A DNA stretch of 63,936 nt, filler included, from Reticulomyxa filosa (lineage: Eukaryota > Protista > Foraminifera): assembly GCA_000512085.1 (NCBI GenBank). It is 17 parts of 17 records of this genome, joined end to end, with 100 filler letters (N's around TTAATTAATTAA, not from the genome) between each part and the next. Parts side by side here need not be neighbours in the genome. Positions count along the whole stretch, not along the records: positions 25,540 to 27,144 come from ASPP01038669.1; positions 27,245 to 31,592 come from ASPP01020906.1; positions 31,693 to 34,724 come from ASPP01028146.1; positions 34,825 to 46,716 come from ASPP01010848.1; 13 more parts are not named here. One strand, given 5' to 3'. Made by a program: the position numbers and the translations under genes. Positions 25,590 to 38,620 of this stretch are shown here, piece after piece. Numbering within the stretch: the stretch's first letter is position 1; every line of letters begins with the position of its first letter. A model generated the notes under the pieces. It searched no databases and was not told the DNA's origin. It saw only the letters and a program-made list of their open reading frames with translations.

Positions 25590-25968
25590 TGAATTCTCAT
25601 GGTTAATTTTACAATTAAGCATCCCAGGAATCACAGCATCGAAAAAAGATGTTAATCCTTCGCTCATAAAACCATTCCATATAAACACGTGATCAGATTG
25701 CACGTTTTCATCAAGAGTGATACCCAGAAACAGAATTGTCTCAGTCACAAGTGTTTGACGTTTGTGTTTCAGGAGCCAATCGTTGAATCTTTTCTTTAGT
25801 CCATCGTATTTATCTTCCAGTTTTTTTGTCACAGGGTTGTGGTTATCTTGTTGAGCTTGAGTGACTTGAGATTGCGCTTGTGATTGTTTAATAATAATAG
25901 GTTCTATATAAGTTGGTGTTCTTCCCTGTAATTCAGTTTCATGTTGTTTTTCTTTTTCTTTTTTTTTT

Positions 25969-25999
<31 letters not shown>

Positions 26000-26683
26000 T
26001 TTCTCGTTTCTTTTTTGCTTTTGCTTCTCCAACTTCTTCTTTTGCTTCTTTTACTTCTTCTTCTTCTTCTTCTTCTTCTTTTTGGTCTTTAACACTTTTT
26101 AACTCAAATATTCTTTGACTTTTAAAAAATACGAAGGAAAGTCAAGAACGCTTTTCACGTCTGAAAAGATTACTTGTGACTGTGCTGCGTCCACGACCAC
26201 ATCTTCCATTTCGAAACCCTTGAATTCAATTGGCAACAATATGTTCATTTCCTTGTTATTGTAACAAGCTTCCAAGAGGAACAAACGATCAAAGCACGGG
26301 TTCTTCCTTCCAAATTTGTATAAGAGCTTTCTCACTTGTAACAGCGTTGACAGCTTGTTAATAAAGGGGCTGCAATATCGTTCTATCTTATCCACGCATA
26401 CAGGCCTGACTAGTAACCCGTCGAGCATATCTGAGTTGGCAAACACCTGGAAAAATGTCTTTGAATGGGACCCAAGCTTGATTGATCTTGTGATATGCTG
26501 CCAAATTTAATCGCAACAAGTCAGTCTGTATGTCTTCTATGTCTGCCGCGTGCAAATGTTTACACGCTTTCCAAATCGACTTTATTTTCTTTGAAAAGAA
26601 TGATCTGCTTTCAGTCGCCAAACTTAGCAAAACCAGAGGAGGAATTGTATACGTTTGTGGCGAGGCATCATCTGAGCCTTTAA

Positions 26684-26736
<53 letters not shown>

Positions 26737-27073
26737 AACAAATGGTATGTATACCTCCAGAAAACTGAATGATTTGCATCTCTTCCAACTGCTGAAATGT
26801 ATACGTCTTTGAATCGATGTTCACTGCTGTTTTGGTCTTGTTCACCTTTCTTCTCAAATAAAAGTCAGCCCAAATATCATTCTCAACTTTCTTACTAAGT
26901 TCAAACGCCTCTTTATTTCTCTCTTTCCACAACTCGACAAGCATATTTGTGCTCGAATACCACGCGTTTATACTTTCCTCTTCTATTTGTTCATCTTCCT
27001 CCGATTCTAAGTATGCGTCCAGTGCTTCTTTTGATGACTTGTTGGTACACATGGCGCGCAGGTCTTTGATCAC
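25590..27073 (-). CDS. Internal fragment of a protein with a putative PD-(D/E)xK nuclease motif (Crinkler-like?), frameshifted
   Basis: Successive ORFs 27073-26624, 26630-26388, 26446-26099 and 25832-25587. Motif NPCFDRLFLL...LLPIEFK. Confidence 0.4.
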
Positions 27074-27107
27074 CTGATTACTTAATGTCTACACATACAT
27101 TTATTAT

Positions 27108-27144
<37 letters not shown>

Positions 27145-27244
27145 NNNNNNNNNNNNNNNNNNNNNNNNNNNNNNNNNNNNNNNNNNNNTTAATTAATTAA
27201 NNNNNNNNNNNNNNNNNNNNNNNNNNNNNNNNNNNNNNNNNNNN

Positions 27245-27984
27245 ATTATTATTAATGTTATTAATGTTATTATCATTATTACTATTGCTATTATTATTAT
27301 TATTATTGTCATTATTGTTATGATTATCGTTAGGTACATTAATGGGAACATTAACAACATCGTCACCCATTTGCAACTCCGTCGCTGCGGATAGTGTCAC
27401 ATCGGAATAGTCTCTGAAATAAATATGAGTATGTTTGGGCTGCAACTGCAAAGTGGCGGACGATACAATAGTAAAGTACTTATTCAACAAGATATAGTCA
27501 TCCGATCCATTACTGAGGGGATTATCATTGACGCAGTCTGCATCTTCTTTGCTATCGACTTTGTCACTTTTTGTCATTTTTATCATTTTTGCTTCGATTC
27601 TCTTGTTTCGGTCCAAGTTCTGCTTTTTTTTCGTCCATTTTTATTTCTCGTGAGGCCTGTCTTTTCTTTGGAACTTTGTTTGTAATTTCTTTGTCTTTAT
27701 CTTTATCTTTATCTTTGTCCCTCCCTCGGCTGCGATCTCTTTCCTTCTCAGCATTGAGACCGTGTCGTTTCTTTTCCCATACAATGTACAAGCGCGTCTT
27801 GGCATATCTCTTTTCCACAGCATGTTGGTCGTACCAATGGCATTGCTGGGACATGATAGTATTGAGATCGAGGGGGATGTTGGCCGCGTGTTCCGGGAAC
27901 AGAGTAGTGTTGATAACGGGTCCACCACTACCGGAGTCAAAATAAGGTAATTTCGGACTTTTGTTATTGTCATTGTCATGGTCA

Positions 27985-28037
<53 letters not shown>

Positions 28038-29883
28038 GTTATTGTTATTGTGTTTGCCATTGTGATTGGCACTGGCATTGGCATTGACATTTATATTATC
28101 ATTATCATTGGCAATAGCAACTTCAACACATTTTTTGGAAGCTAAGGGTTCAACTCCTGACGAAGACGAATACGAGCCGGAGGAGCATCCAACGTCACCA
28201 GGAGACTCACTCCATAGAGGACCCTTGCCTCGATGCAACTTCGTTCGTCCGCGCTCTTCTCCGTTTGCATCTTCTTTTGGAGTGGCCAGTTGCAACACCT
28301 TGGATGTCAGCAGCATCTTTTCCCTCGTCGGCATCCCCGGCGAGTTCTGCGGTAGTGGTGTGCTCTTTGCAATTATCATCTCAGATAACACCGACGAGTC
28401 TTCTCGACTGTTGCCACTTTCACTTTTCGTTGCAGGCATTGCTTTTTGTTCGCAATATCACAAACAAGGATGACATGTGGTATGTGTTATACGTATATGT
28501 ATACGTATGCGTATACGTATACGTTATATATGTATATAACTTGGTAGGCCATTGACAGGTAACAAGCGATGTTGAGGAAAAGTGGTTGGAAAAATGGAAT
28601 GTATTGGTGTGATGACAAATGGCGGCGGACGAACTGTGGCAGGCACGCTGGGAACAAAAGCAATATCGCGACTGTCTTGTGTCAGATTGCGAGTACTCAC
28701 ATCTGCATCCATATCTCTATCCATATCTCTGTCCATCGCGTTTTTGTTGGACGTCTCTGGAATGTACTCCGCAGCCGCGAGCAGCTTTTTGCGGATGCGC
28801 TCGTCTTGGATCGGTTGATTGGGGTCCTCCGGCAAGCGGTCGATGCTTATGGGCGACATCGCGTCATTCGCAACAGACGTGGTGACAGTGGAGGTGGAGG
28901 TGGACATACCTGCTCCTCCATGGTCCTTCGGCACACAGTTGCTTGGAATTTTTATGTGATAACTCAGGTTCGCCTCTTTGTTGCCTTTGCTTTTGTGTCC
29001 GTCGTCTTTATTCTGTATATTCTTTGCGAGAATATTGTCTTTATCGTTGTCCTACATACACACACATACACACACACACATATGTATATGATTGTGTTTA
29101 ATTCATCACTTTTTTTTTTTTTTTTTTAATTTCCTTTCTCCCACCCCCCCGTTTTTTTTTTTTTTTTTGGATGAACGTAACTATGTCACATTGGGGAGAG
29201 AAGGTATGACCAGGTTTATGATTGCTGTTATCAAAGGGTGAATGATGGCTTGGTTGTCGCAGCTCTGATCCTGGCATAATGGACTCTTTCTTTCCATCTC
29301 GCGCTCCTTCCAATGGACTAGGTATCCAATGGATATGCAAGTGATTGGGCTGACTGTGGTCTATTCCTCCTGCTCCGACGCTTATCGTTTTCATTATATC
29401 TGCACTGGTTTTGCTCCTCTTACGATGTCCTACACCTTCTCTTCTTCCTCCTCCTCCTCCTCCTCCTACGCCGCTTTGTTGTAGTCCTTTACCACTTATG
29501 GGAGATGGACCAAGTCGCATGTCCCCTTGGGACATGCTTGCAATTGGCAGTAACGATGTCGAATGCCATAACTGATGTTGTCCCAAAGGGGTGCTCCCAT
29601 AGTCCGGCGTGCACGATCGTCCACTTTTTCTTTTACGAGTCGACGAGTTTTTCTCACTTTCTTTCGTTCCTTCCATGCCAGGCCCAGACACTTCTTTTCC
29701 ATGCTTTTCTCCTTCCATTTGTTGTACATTGTCTCGCACGTGCTGCAAACCTCGTGTTCCTCCTATCGCTTTCTTTCCTAGCTGACGTGGCTCGGTCGCC
29801 AACCGAGCTTTCTGCAACAGTACAGTTGACGGAACTGATATCAGTGGTGCTTGTTCAGGATTTGTGACTGTATTTGTGGTCAT
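27245..29883 (-). CDS. N-terminal low-complexity region of a large multi-exon protein (3'-truncated)
   Basis: ATG at 29883; successive GC-richer ORFs with poly-N, poly-G and DK tracts separated by microsatellite introns; no domain recognised. Confidence 0.6.
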
Positions 29884-30615
29884 TATTCTTTATCAATATG
29901 GAAAAACCTCACAAAATAAAGACCATAATCTTTTTGGCGAATCTCAAATTTCACTACAGAGGTTTTCCTTTTAATCCACGTTTTGCTGCTTCCACAAATT
30001 TCTCAAAAGATAATCACTATAAATTATTTAAATTGTCTTAGATGCTAAACTTCATGTTAAGAAAAAAGAAAATAGTGTTAAACACAAGGATATATTGTTT
30101 ATAAATGTGTTTCGATAAAAAAAAAAATTGTAAAAAAAATTTTTATTTTAAAAAATAGTAAATACATGACACTTGATTTTTAAATGTAAATTTGTCACAT
30201 TTGCAAAAAGATTCTTGCAATTATTGCAGAAAAATATAAATGCTCCTGTCCTTGGTTTTGACAAAGTGCAGAAAACATTTGGAAACAACCGGAAAAAAAT
30301 ATTTAATAACAGTAGCAATAACATTGTTACACTGGTACAAAATGGAAACTGTTTTGCAAATGAAAATATAAGACATATAGCGTTGCCAAACAGGCAATGA
30401 TACCTGAGAGAAAAGAAGAAAAGGGCAAAAAAAAGCAAAAGACAGGGGAGAAAAATCAAGTCAAAACTGTCTTTGAATAAAAATCTTGTTAATCAATAGT
30501 AAAAAGCGAAGCACATTTGTAGAAAGCCCTATTTGAGACAAGCACAAATAACGACATCAACACACAATAGCACTCTCCCCCCCCTTACACAGTCTCGAAC
30601 CTTCCATCGAAACTA

Positions 30616-31540
30616 ATGTCTTCACCAGCAAAACGACGCGCATCGTTCAGGGAGATGATAATTGCAGCGATTACAGCAGACCCGCACTCGGGAAAAGGGA
30701 CAAGTCGTTCGTTCATAGCGAGTTACATTAACAGCAACTACCAGAAGTCGAGCACAGGGACGCAGTTCAACACGTACTTGAACAGAGCATTAAGAGAAGG
30801 AGTGGAGAATGGGATATTGAAATACGGGAAGACGAATAAGCGATACAAGTTGACCTTACAAGAAAAAAAGAAAAGAAGCAAGACCTCGGATTCCTCTGCC
30901 TCTACCTCGGTGTCCTTATCACGTTCTAGAAGAAGAATAGTTTCAAGAGCAGACACTTCAGCAGCGACGACCAAGAGATCCAAAAAAAAAGGGGTCGCCG
31001 AACCCAAAAAAGCGGCACAAAAAAAAAAGTTCAACGACAACAACAACAGCAGTTCCCTTGCGACGGAGTCAACGACGAAAGTTAGGCACAGCGACTCTGA
31101 ACGCGCGAGCTCCAACCGTGAGGCGGGCAAGAAGAAGCTTTTCGCAGCAAAAAGTTGTCACCGGGGCCTCCACAGTTACCACGCGGAATACGGTCGAAGG
31201 TGTTCGCGTGAGAGTGCGGAGACTGTCACGACTTGGCGTGGTGCAATCTGCCAGTCGCAACTCTGTCACAGCAGCAACAACAACAACAGTGCCAACGGCG
31301 ATAACAAGCCCACCGAGACGAGGAAGACGAACTAGTCGAGTATCTATTGAAACAGCTGTGCAACCTTCTTCTTCTTCTTCTTCTTCTTCTTCTGATACTG
31401 CTACTGCTACTGCTACTGCTGCTCTTTCTGAATCTTCACAATCTACAAACGGTACTGGACCATCTCGTAGACGAGGACGAAGACGCTCGGCTTTGCCTGG
31501 AGACATCCCCGATCAATTGCCTGCTGAAGATACCCAATAA
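30616..31540 (+). CDS. Linker histone H1/H5-type winged-helix (H15) protein with a long Arg/Ser/Thr-rich tail
   Basis: SFREMIIAAI...KGTSRSFIASYINSNY...YLNRALREGVENGIL....YKL fits the H15 pattern (MI..AI...G.S...I..YI...Y...L..AL...V..G.L). A one-base shift in an A run at ~30982-31028 links to ORF 31058-31540. Confidence 0.8.
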
Positions 31541-31692
31541 ATTTTTATGCTGCTTCAGCGCCACTCATTCTTGTCTCTTCTTCTTCTTCTTCNNNNNNNN
31601 NNNNNNNNNNNNNNNNNNNNNNNNNNNNNNNNNNNNTTAATTAATTAANNNNNNNNNNNNNNNNNNNNNNNNNNNNNNNNNNNNNNNNNNNN

Positions 31693-32275
31693 AAGGATGT
31701 ATTTTACATTTTCATCCTTCTATGAGAAGAGCAAATATGATATATAGCTGTGATGTATCATGGATATCTCCATTCAAACATGAAAGAGAAATTTTATTTT
31801 CTAAATCTAATTTTTCCCAATTTTGTAGGGAAGAACATAAAGAATTTTCTGCATGGAATGCGAAAATAGAGAGTGAAGATGAAAACACACAAATGATATT
31901 ATTGACATGGACAATATATGATCAATTCATCCGACAAACTATGTCTATAGTAAAATGTGGAATCATTCCATTGATTTAAATCTCATCTATATCGTGTTAA
32001 AGAGTTTTCAAGGAAGTATGGATCAAGCATTGAAATATTTATTAATATTTGAAAAATGGAGAAATGAAACAAAGAATAAAATGAAATATGAAGAAAAAAA
32101 GAAGGAATTTATGGAAAGACGCTGTTGCAATCACCATATCAATTTATTTTGTATTTCTGTTACAGAAGGGAAAACATCAAAATATACTCCCATTGAATTA
32201 GCAATAATGGCTACTGTCAGAAATGGTTTGCCATTTGTTGAAACAAATAAAGAGATATATAATTTTAAAAGATAG
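31693..32275 (+). CDS. 3' fragment of a protein with a putative ADP-ribosyltransferase-type ExE motif (frameshift ~31950)
   Basis: GCILHFHPSMRR...CDVSWISPFKHEREILF resembles the DIS.IS.F..E.EIL signature of R-S-E clade ARTs. Confidence 0.5.
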
Positions 32276-33478
32276 TTAACAAATTGATAAACAATACATT
32301 CAACAATATCAATCACTTTTTTTACTTTTATGATTGCAAACAAAATTGAATTAAAATTGAACGATATTGACTAAATTTTCCATTCGGTTTTTTTTTTGTT
32401 TTGTTTTTGGAGTAGTTTTTTTTGAAGAAAAATTAGAGTAAAAATGAAGTTTTTTCAATAGTCAATAAAAAAATCTTGATACATTTAATCGTTCTTATTT
32501 TCTCTAATTGGTGTAAGACATTTGATTGATGTTTTATCTATTAGATTCAAATAAAAAGATCAAAAGTTGTTGTTATTGAAATATGATTATTTTCATCGAA
32601 TGGATGATCTAAAAACATTTACTTTGTCATTTTTTCATTTTTTAATGAGAAAATATTTAATTGTGTTTTAAGTAGCAAACGTATGTTGTATGAATTCAGT
32701 GGTTGAAAAACTGAGAATTATTCACCATTAAAAATTTAATGACTAAACTTGAAATATTTACTTATACGAGTGAAATGGAGATAAGAATTTTCATCACTAC
32801 AACTTTCAATGATTTTTAATGTGCCAATTAGAAAAAATTACTTTTTTAGACAAATAAATTGATTATTTGAAAATATAAATAATTTCAGTAATTGGCTTTT
32901 CAAAAAATTATCAAGCACCAAAAAAATTAAATTTTGATGAAGATATTCATCAAAACAAAAATAAAAAAACGTGCATATGAGATAAAAAATTTTCTTGCAC
33001 ATATCAAAAGAGAAATATGAATAACCAAATACAGACAAACAAATTTTGATTGAAATTTTTGAAACATTCAAAAAGATTGAATAAAAAACCAACAAGGCTA
33101 CATGATTTGTAGATTAGAAATTTAGAAATGTGATATAACAAGTTAAAAGTGTGAATGTAGATGTTGATAGAAAAATGAATAAAATTATTCATCACAAACA
33201 GAACATTACAAAATTGAAATATTCTATATGATAAATGACAAATTATTGTTGTCTCCACCAAGCATTATAAATGATTCTTGATTTGTTGTTGTTTCATTGT
33301 CTTTATGTATAAAAATTGTTTTTAATTTTTTTTATTGCTGATTTCAGTCATTTATTCAAATAATTCAGGATCAAACATGCATCGAAATCATCCAAGAAAT
33401 TGTTTAAAGAAGAAACCATCGTGTCAATTGAATAATTTGAAAATTTGAAAATTTGAAAATAAAGAAAATATAATGAAA

Positions 33479-34724
33479 TTATTTGTGGCGACTATTAAAT
33501 GGTTTTGGATCGATATTTTTGATATCATTTGATGATAATTCAATTCCATAAATTGTAATTCTTCCTTTTCCACCTTTATTCATTCTATTTTGATTTCCTC
33601 CAATACATTTGATAGTTCCAAAATTTTGTTCCAATTTATTTTGATGAAATTGATGTGGAGGTCGATAATATATATGTGGATTTTTACATTGATATTGTAA
33701 TTCAATTGATATTGACCCTCCACTTCCACCACCACCGCTAATGCTTCCATCCCCTCCATTGGATTGAATCGAGCCATAATTAATCAATTGTTGTTGAATT
33801 ATCAATTCAATGATTCCACCTCCACTTCCTCCAAAATAAATCCCAACACTTCCACCTCCACTCCCAAAACAAATTTCTTTTAGCAAAGTCTTTTCTCCAT
33901 ATGTGGCTCCACCTTTTTCCAGAGTCCGATGACGCATCTACTTCTCCTCCTTTCGTTCCATATCCACCACCACCAGCACTCGACTTTCCAATTCCACCCT
34001 TTCCAGGACCCTGATTCGAAGGATATCCCAATACCGAGCAGTCAATGTTGGAGGAAGAATGTTTAATCCATAGATGACTTGTCTTGATCTTTAGATGTCC
34101 AAGTTCTTCTTTATCGATGGTTCTATCACAATCGACAGTTAATGTGATATTTTTCTCCAACTAAAAATATTCCAAAATTGTAATTATTCCATTCGTTGTT
34201 TTTAATTTAATTTGCCTATAATTTTCACTCACCAATAGAAAATCCACTCCATTTTTTAGACTTGGAAAACGAAGCATTGAAATCATATGCTCACAATTTT
34301 TGTTAAATTTAAACCTGGCAATATCTTGTTCTTTTTCTTTTTGTTCATTGTCTTCATCGTCATTATCTTCTTCGATTAATGTGTTAATATCAAGTCGACG
34401 TTTTCGAATATTTGCATTTTGCTTATATCCTTTGGATTGACCAAATTTGATTTGACATTGTTTCAACTGTTTTTTAAATTCAATGTTTTGTTGGATAAAA
34501 TCTAGTTTTAATTGTTGGATGTTAGTTATTAATGTAGTCATTGTTTGAATTTTGTCCAGTAATTTATCTTTGAAATCGTCAATTTGTTTGCCTTGTTCAT
34601 CGCATTTTCTTTTTACAAGTTTTTCCAAGTTAGTAACATTCATATCAAATTTAATTTTCAATTGTTCAATTTGTTGATGTTGTTGTTGTTTTAAATCATT
34701 AATAGTTTGATTCATTTCTGTTTT
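33479..34724 (-). pseudogene. Coiled-coil plus glycine-rich repeat protein, frameshifted
   Basis: Three staggered ORFs (34715-34161, 34160-33807, 33937-33479) with GGGGYGTKG, FGSGGGS, GGGIIELI and GGGGSGGSI motifs; at least 2 frame breaks. Confidence 0.7.
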
Positions 34725-34824
34725 NNNNNNNNNNNNNNNNNNNNNNNNNNNNNNNNNNNNNNNNNNNNTTAATTAATTAANNNNNNNNNNNNNNNNNNNN
34801 NNNNNNNNNNNNNNNNNNNNNNNN

Positions 34825-34859
<35 letters not shown>

Positions 34860-35386
34860 GCATATACATATACATATATGTATATGCATATGTATATAAT
34901 ATTGTTATTGTCTTCAGTTTTCTTGAATTCAAAATGCAACACGGATATAAATGTACATCCTTTGTATTTGTACAAAGGTCGATGAATTCACTTTTTTGGT
35001 TCTTTTTATTATTTGCATTGTGTGCACAGATGACGAAAAGGGGCTCACATCTGCAATTGCCGGACACAAAACGACTGTGTGTTAACTTTGTTCTTTTTGT
35101 GTTTATTTTTGTTAGCGTGTGAGCCGGTTAATCGGTAAGACGACAAAAGGTGTATACGTGCAAATGCCATTGTGTGTGTGGGGGGGTGTGTGACTGCTGA
35201 AACAGTGTGGAGAAGTATGGTAGCAATGGCAACGCCTTGTATCAAAGAAACAAGTATCGATTGTCTCAACTCATTGAAAAACAACTTTCTCATATTGTTT
35301 GTTTGTTTGTTTTTTTTTTTATATATACATATATGCATATAGGTTTTTTTTTTAAAAAAAAGGAACAAATAAAAAACCTTCAATGA

Positions 35387-35421
<35 letters not shown>

Positions 35422-35514
35422 GCCTATGCCACTAACTTGTTGCACGTGACCCCAAATCTATATCCATATATCCATATACACATATATGTACATACACATA
35501 TATGTATGGATAGC

Positions 35515-38500
35515 CTTTGACGGTACGCAGTATTGCCACGCCAATGCCACGAGCCTCGACTGCAGGAGATGATGTCGGTCGCGATTCCTCAGGCAGCGTA
35601 ATGATGGACAACCGCGCGACGACGTTGAGCGTATCGTATTACGAAAGACCTCATTATTGGAATAACCCGACAGTGTTTCAAGAAATATTCCAAATAACGC
35701 CCAACGAAGACGAAATGCACTGCTATCGTGAGTTGATGAATATCATGTTCAGTGCACATGACGCTCGTGACACGATCGGAATTGAAGCCATTGCTCCATT
35801 CATGAAAGCGATGCAAATATTGCGAAAAGAAGATAACGCCATTGCCCATGACAATCGAGGATGGATATTCGCTATTGACAATCTTTTGTCTGTGCTACTA
35901 TATCGAGACGATTATTTTTATTACAAAACCAATTTGGTGGGAGGTTCGATTAATATACATTAATTATATATATGTATATACATATATATCCATATATATA
36001 CACATATATATAATATACATATATATACATGCATATACAAAACGTGTGTACATGCACTGGTATACGTAAACTTAACAAAAACAGAGTTACAACTATCGCT
36101 GACGCTGGAATTGGACGCGAACAAGAGTTTGAAGGACTTGGAAGACCGTAGTCTGCTGTACCACGTGAAAGAGGCGATTATTAAAGGATACAAAGGCATT
36201 CCGTCATTGACGAGCGAGGACGAGATGCCCAACATTGCACACGATGACATAATAGTGAGAAGCAAGACATTGTTGACAAAGTGGTACGACCTGCGACATG
36301 CGAATCAACGCGTGCATATCACATTTGGAATTTGCGTGGATGACTCGGAGATATTCCATGGGAGCAAATTGCAGTTTTTGTTTCACGTGATGGCATCGTG
36401 TCTGTCCAGACATGTTTTGGATCGAAAGTCGTTCCTGCCAATGTTCCAAAACTATACTCGCAGCAAGCCGTTGGGATTTCGACTTATCGACGCCAAGCCG
36501 AGTGACTTGAAAGTGTATCCGTACAATGACTACGTGAGTCAGTCGCCGGACAGTTTCGTCATCGCCGATATCCAAAGAGAGTTTTCAAGAGCATTTCGAG
36601 AGGAAGAGTTATTGTTAAACACGGAGCAATACGTGTCCAAAATTATTGAGCGGAACATTGTTACGAATATATAAAAAAAAAAAAATAATAATAATAATAA
36701 TAAAAAAATAGTGATCCAATAAGATAGTAAGACATTAACATTAACTTTAATATATAACATATATATATATATATATATACATATGTATATATATATATAT
36801 ATACATACTTATATGTGTATATGTATATATGTATATATAAAGGTTTTATGGCTCAGTGAGTTTGTAAAGAAGGTGCAACCGAAAATGATATTGGAAGAAA
36901 CAGCAAAGAAACAACAACAAGAATTCGAAGACCAAGCGATAAGCAAGAAGCAAACCAATGACACAATGCTGTCGGAAGTGGATATAATGGACGAGTTGCA
37001 ACGAGGCAAAAGTGAACCTGTTTCGCATCCTTCTTTTGCGCAGCAACAGCAACTCTACGGACGCAAGATATGTTGTAACAAATGCGAACTCACGCTGGTC
37101 ATGTTGGCACTGGCTATTTTGTTATCTGGAGTGGTGGCCATTAGTGGTTTCATTTCTTGGAAAGTGTTGTTACGTAACAAACGTTTGTTCATTTTTTTTT
37201 TTTCCCCTTTTTTTTTTTTTTTTTTTTGAAAAAAAAATTCATGCATGTGCGTTATGTACAAAAACGTATGTAAAATGTATACGTATAAACACATATGCTG
37301 AGGATAATAGGAGCATACCTTTGTATGCGACACTGAAGGGTGTAATGAAAATGGGTGACTCGGTGTTAGGCAATTCGACAGAGTTGATAACCGATCAATC
37401 GTTTTTCGCAAGCGAGCGCTTTCTCGACTTTTCGCAGTCGATTCGATTGCCACTCAACACGTCCGACCCACTCGAGACACTATACGAAAGCTATTTCCGA
37501 CCCGTCATTGTCGAGCCGACCATTGACGGCGTGTTTGGACTAGTGCGTGATCAAGACACAGGGTCGGTATTTGTTCAAGGCATTATGCTGGAGAAACCTT
37601 ATCTGGTGGCTTGCACGGGGATATTGGAATTGAGCAATTTTTCGTGTCAAAACTATCTTCCGAAAACGACGTTGGAAATATACGGAAACGCGTTTCCGAC
37701 CACTTCGCTGACTGGACTTTTGAATGACACATGGGACTATCGTCATGAGGCAAATGGCAGTACGTATCAGCGTTTGTATTGGTTCAACGACGAGGCCTTG
37801 GGAGGTTCGTCGTCCAGCGTTTGGATGGTGCAATTTCGTTACAATGCGCAATTTGACCAAATGGTGGCCGTGGTGGTGCGATCGTCGCAGATTGATGCAA
37901 AGTATGCCTCGTTGAAGTTGAACTTGGGAGCAGTGGTGTATTGGGTCAGCGACGACAAATACGGTGACGTAATTGTGTCATCGGTCGGCCAAAAGGGCTA
38001 TCAATTGACGGAACACACGAGTGACGACAGCAACATTGCATTGACCAGCTCGAGCGCAGTGTTAAGTGGAGGTGGGAGTGGTGGCAACGCAAAAACGCAT
38101 TCACAGGTGATCTCCGACACCGTCAAAGACCTTTCCAAATGGCAGAATGACGACGCTGCATACGCAAATGGACGCTTCTATGAAACAGTCTTTGCGAATA
38201 ATCGTAAGTATTACATGTACACCCGTCGCATCCAATTGGTGTCGCCGTCGCTCATGCAGTTTTGGTGTATCGTGGTGTATCCAGAAACAGAAGTGAACAA
38301 GAATGCAGATAAGGCATTTACGGTGGTGGTGGTGTTGACGACATTGGCGTGTATCCTCGCGGCAGCCATTGGGTGTATCGGACAAGCAGTGCCATTCATC
38401 CCAAGCGATGAGCGTTATCGCTTGCACCCATTTTTTAGCAGTTTCGAAAAGAACGCAAAGATGAGAGCGCCGGACGCAAACACGGTGAAGGATATCATGA

Positions 38501-38580
38501 CCAAGGCAAAGGAGCAAAAGGAGCGTGCCATGCATGAGCTTCACCATGTGCAGACAGTAGCAGTAGCAACAGCAGCAACA

Positions 38581-38620
<40 letters not shown>

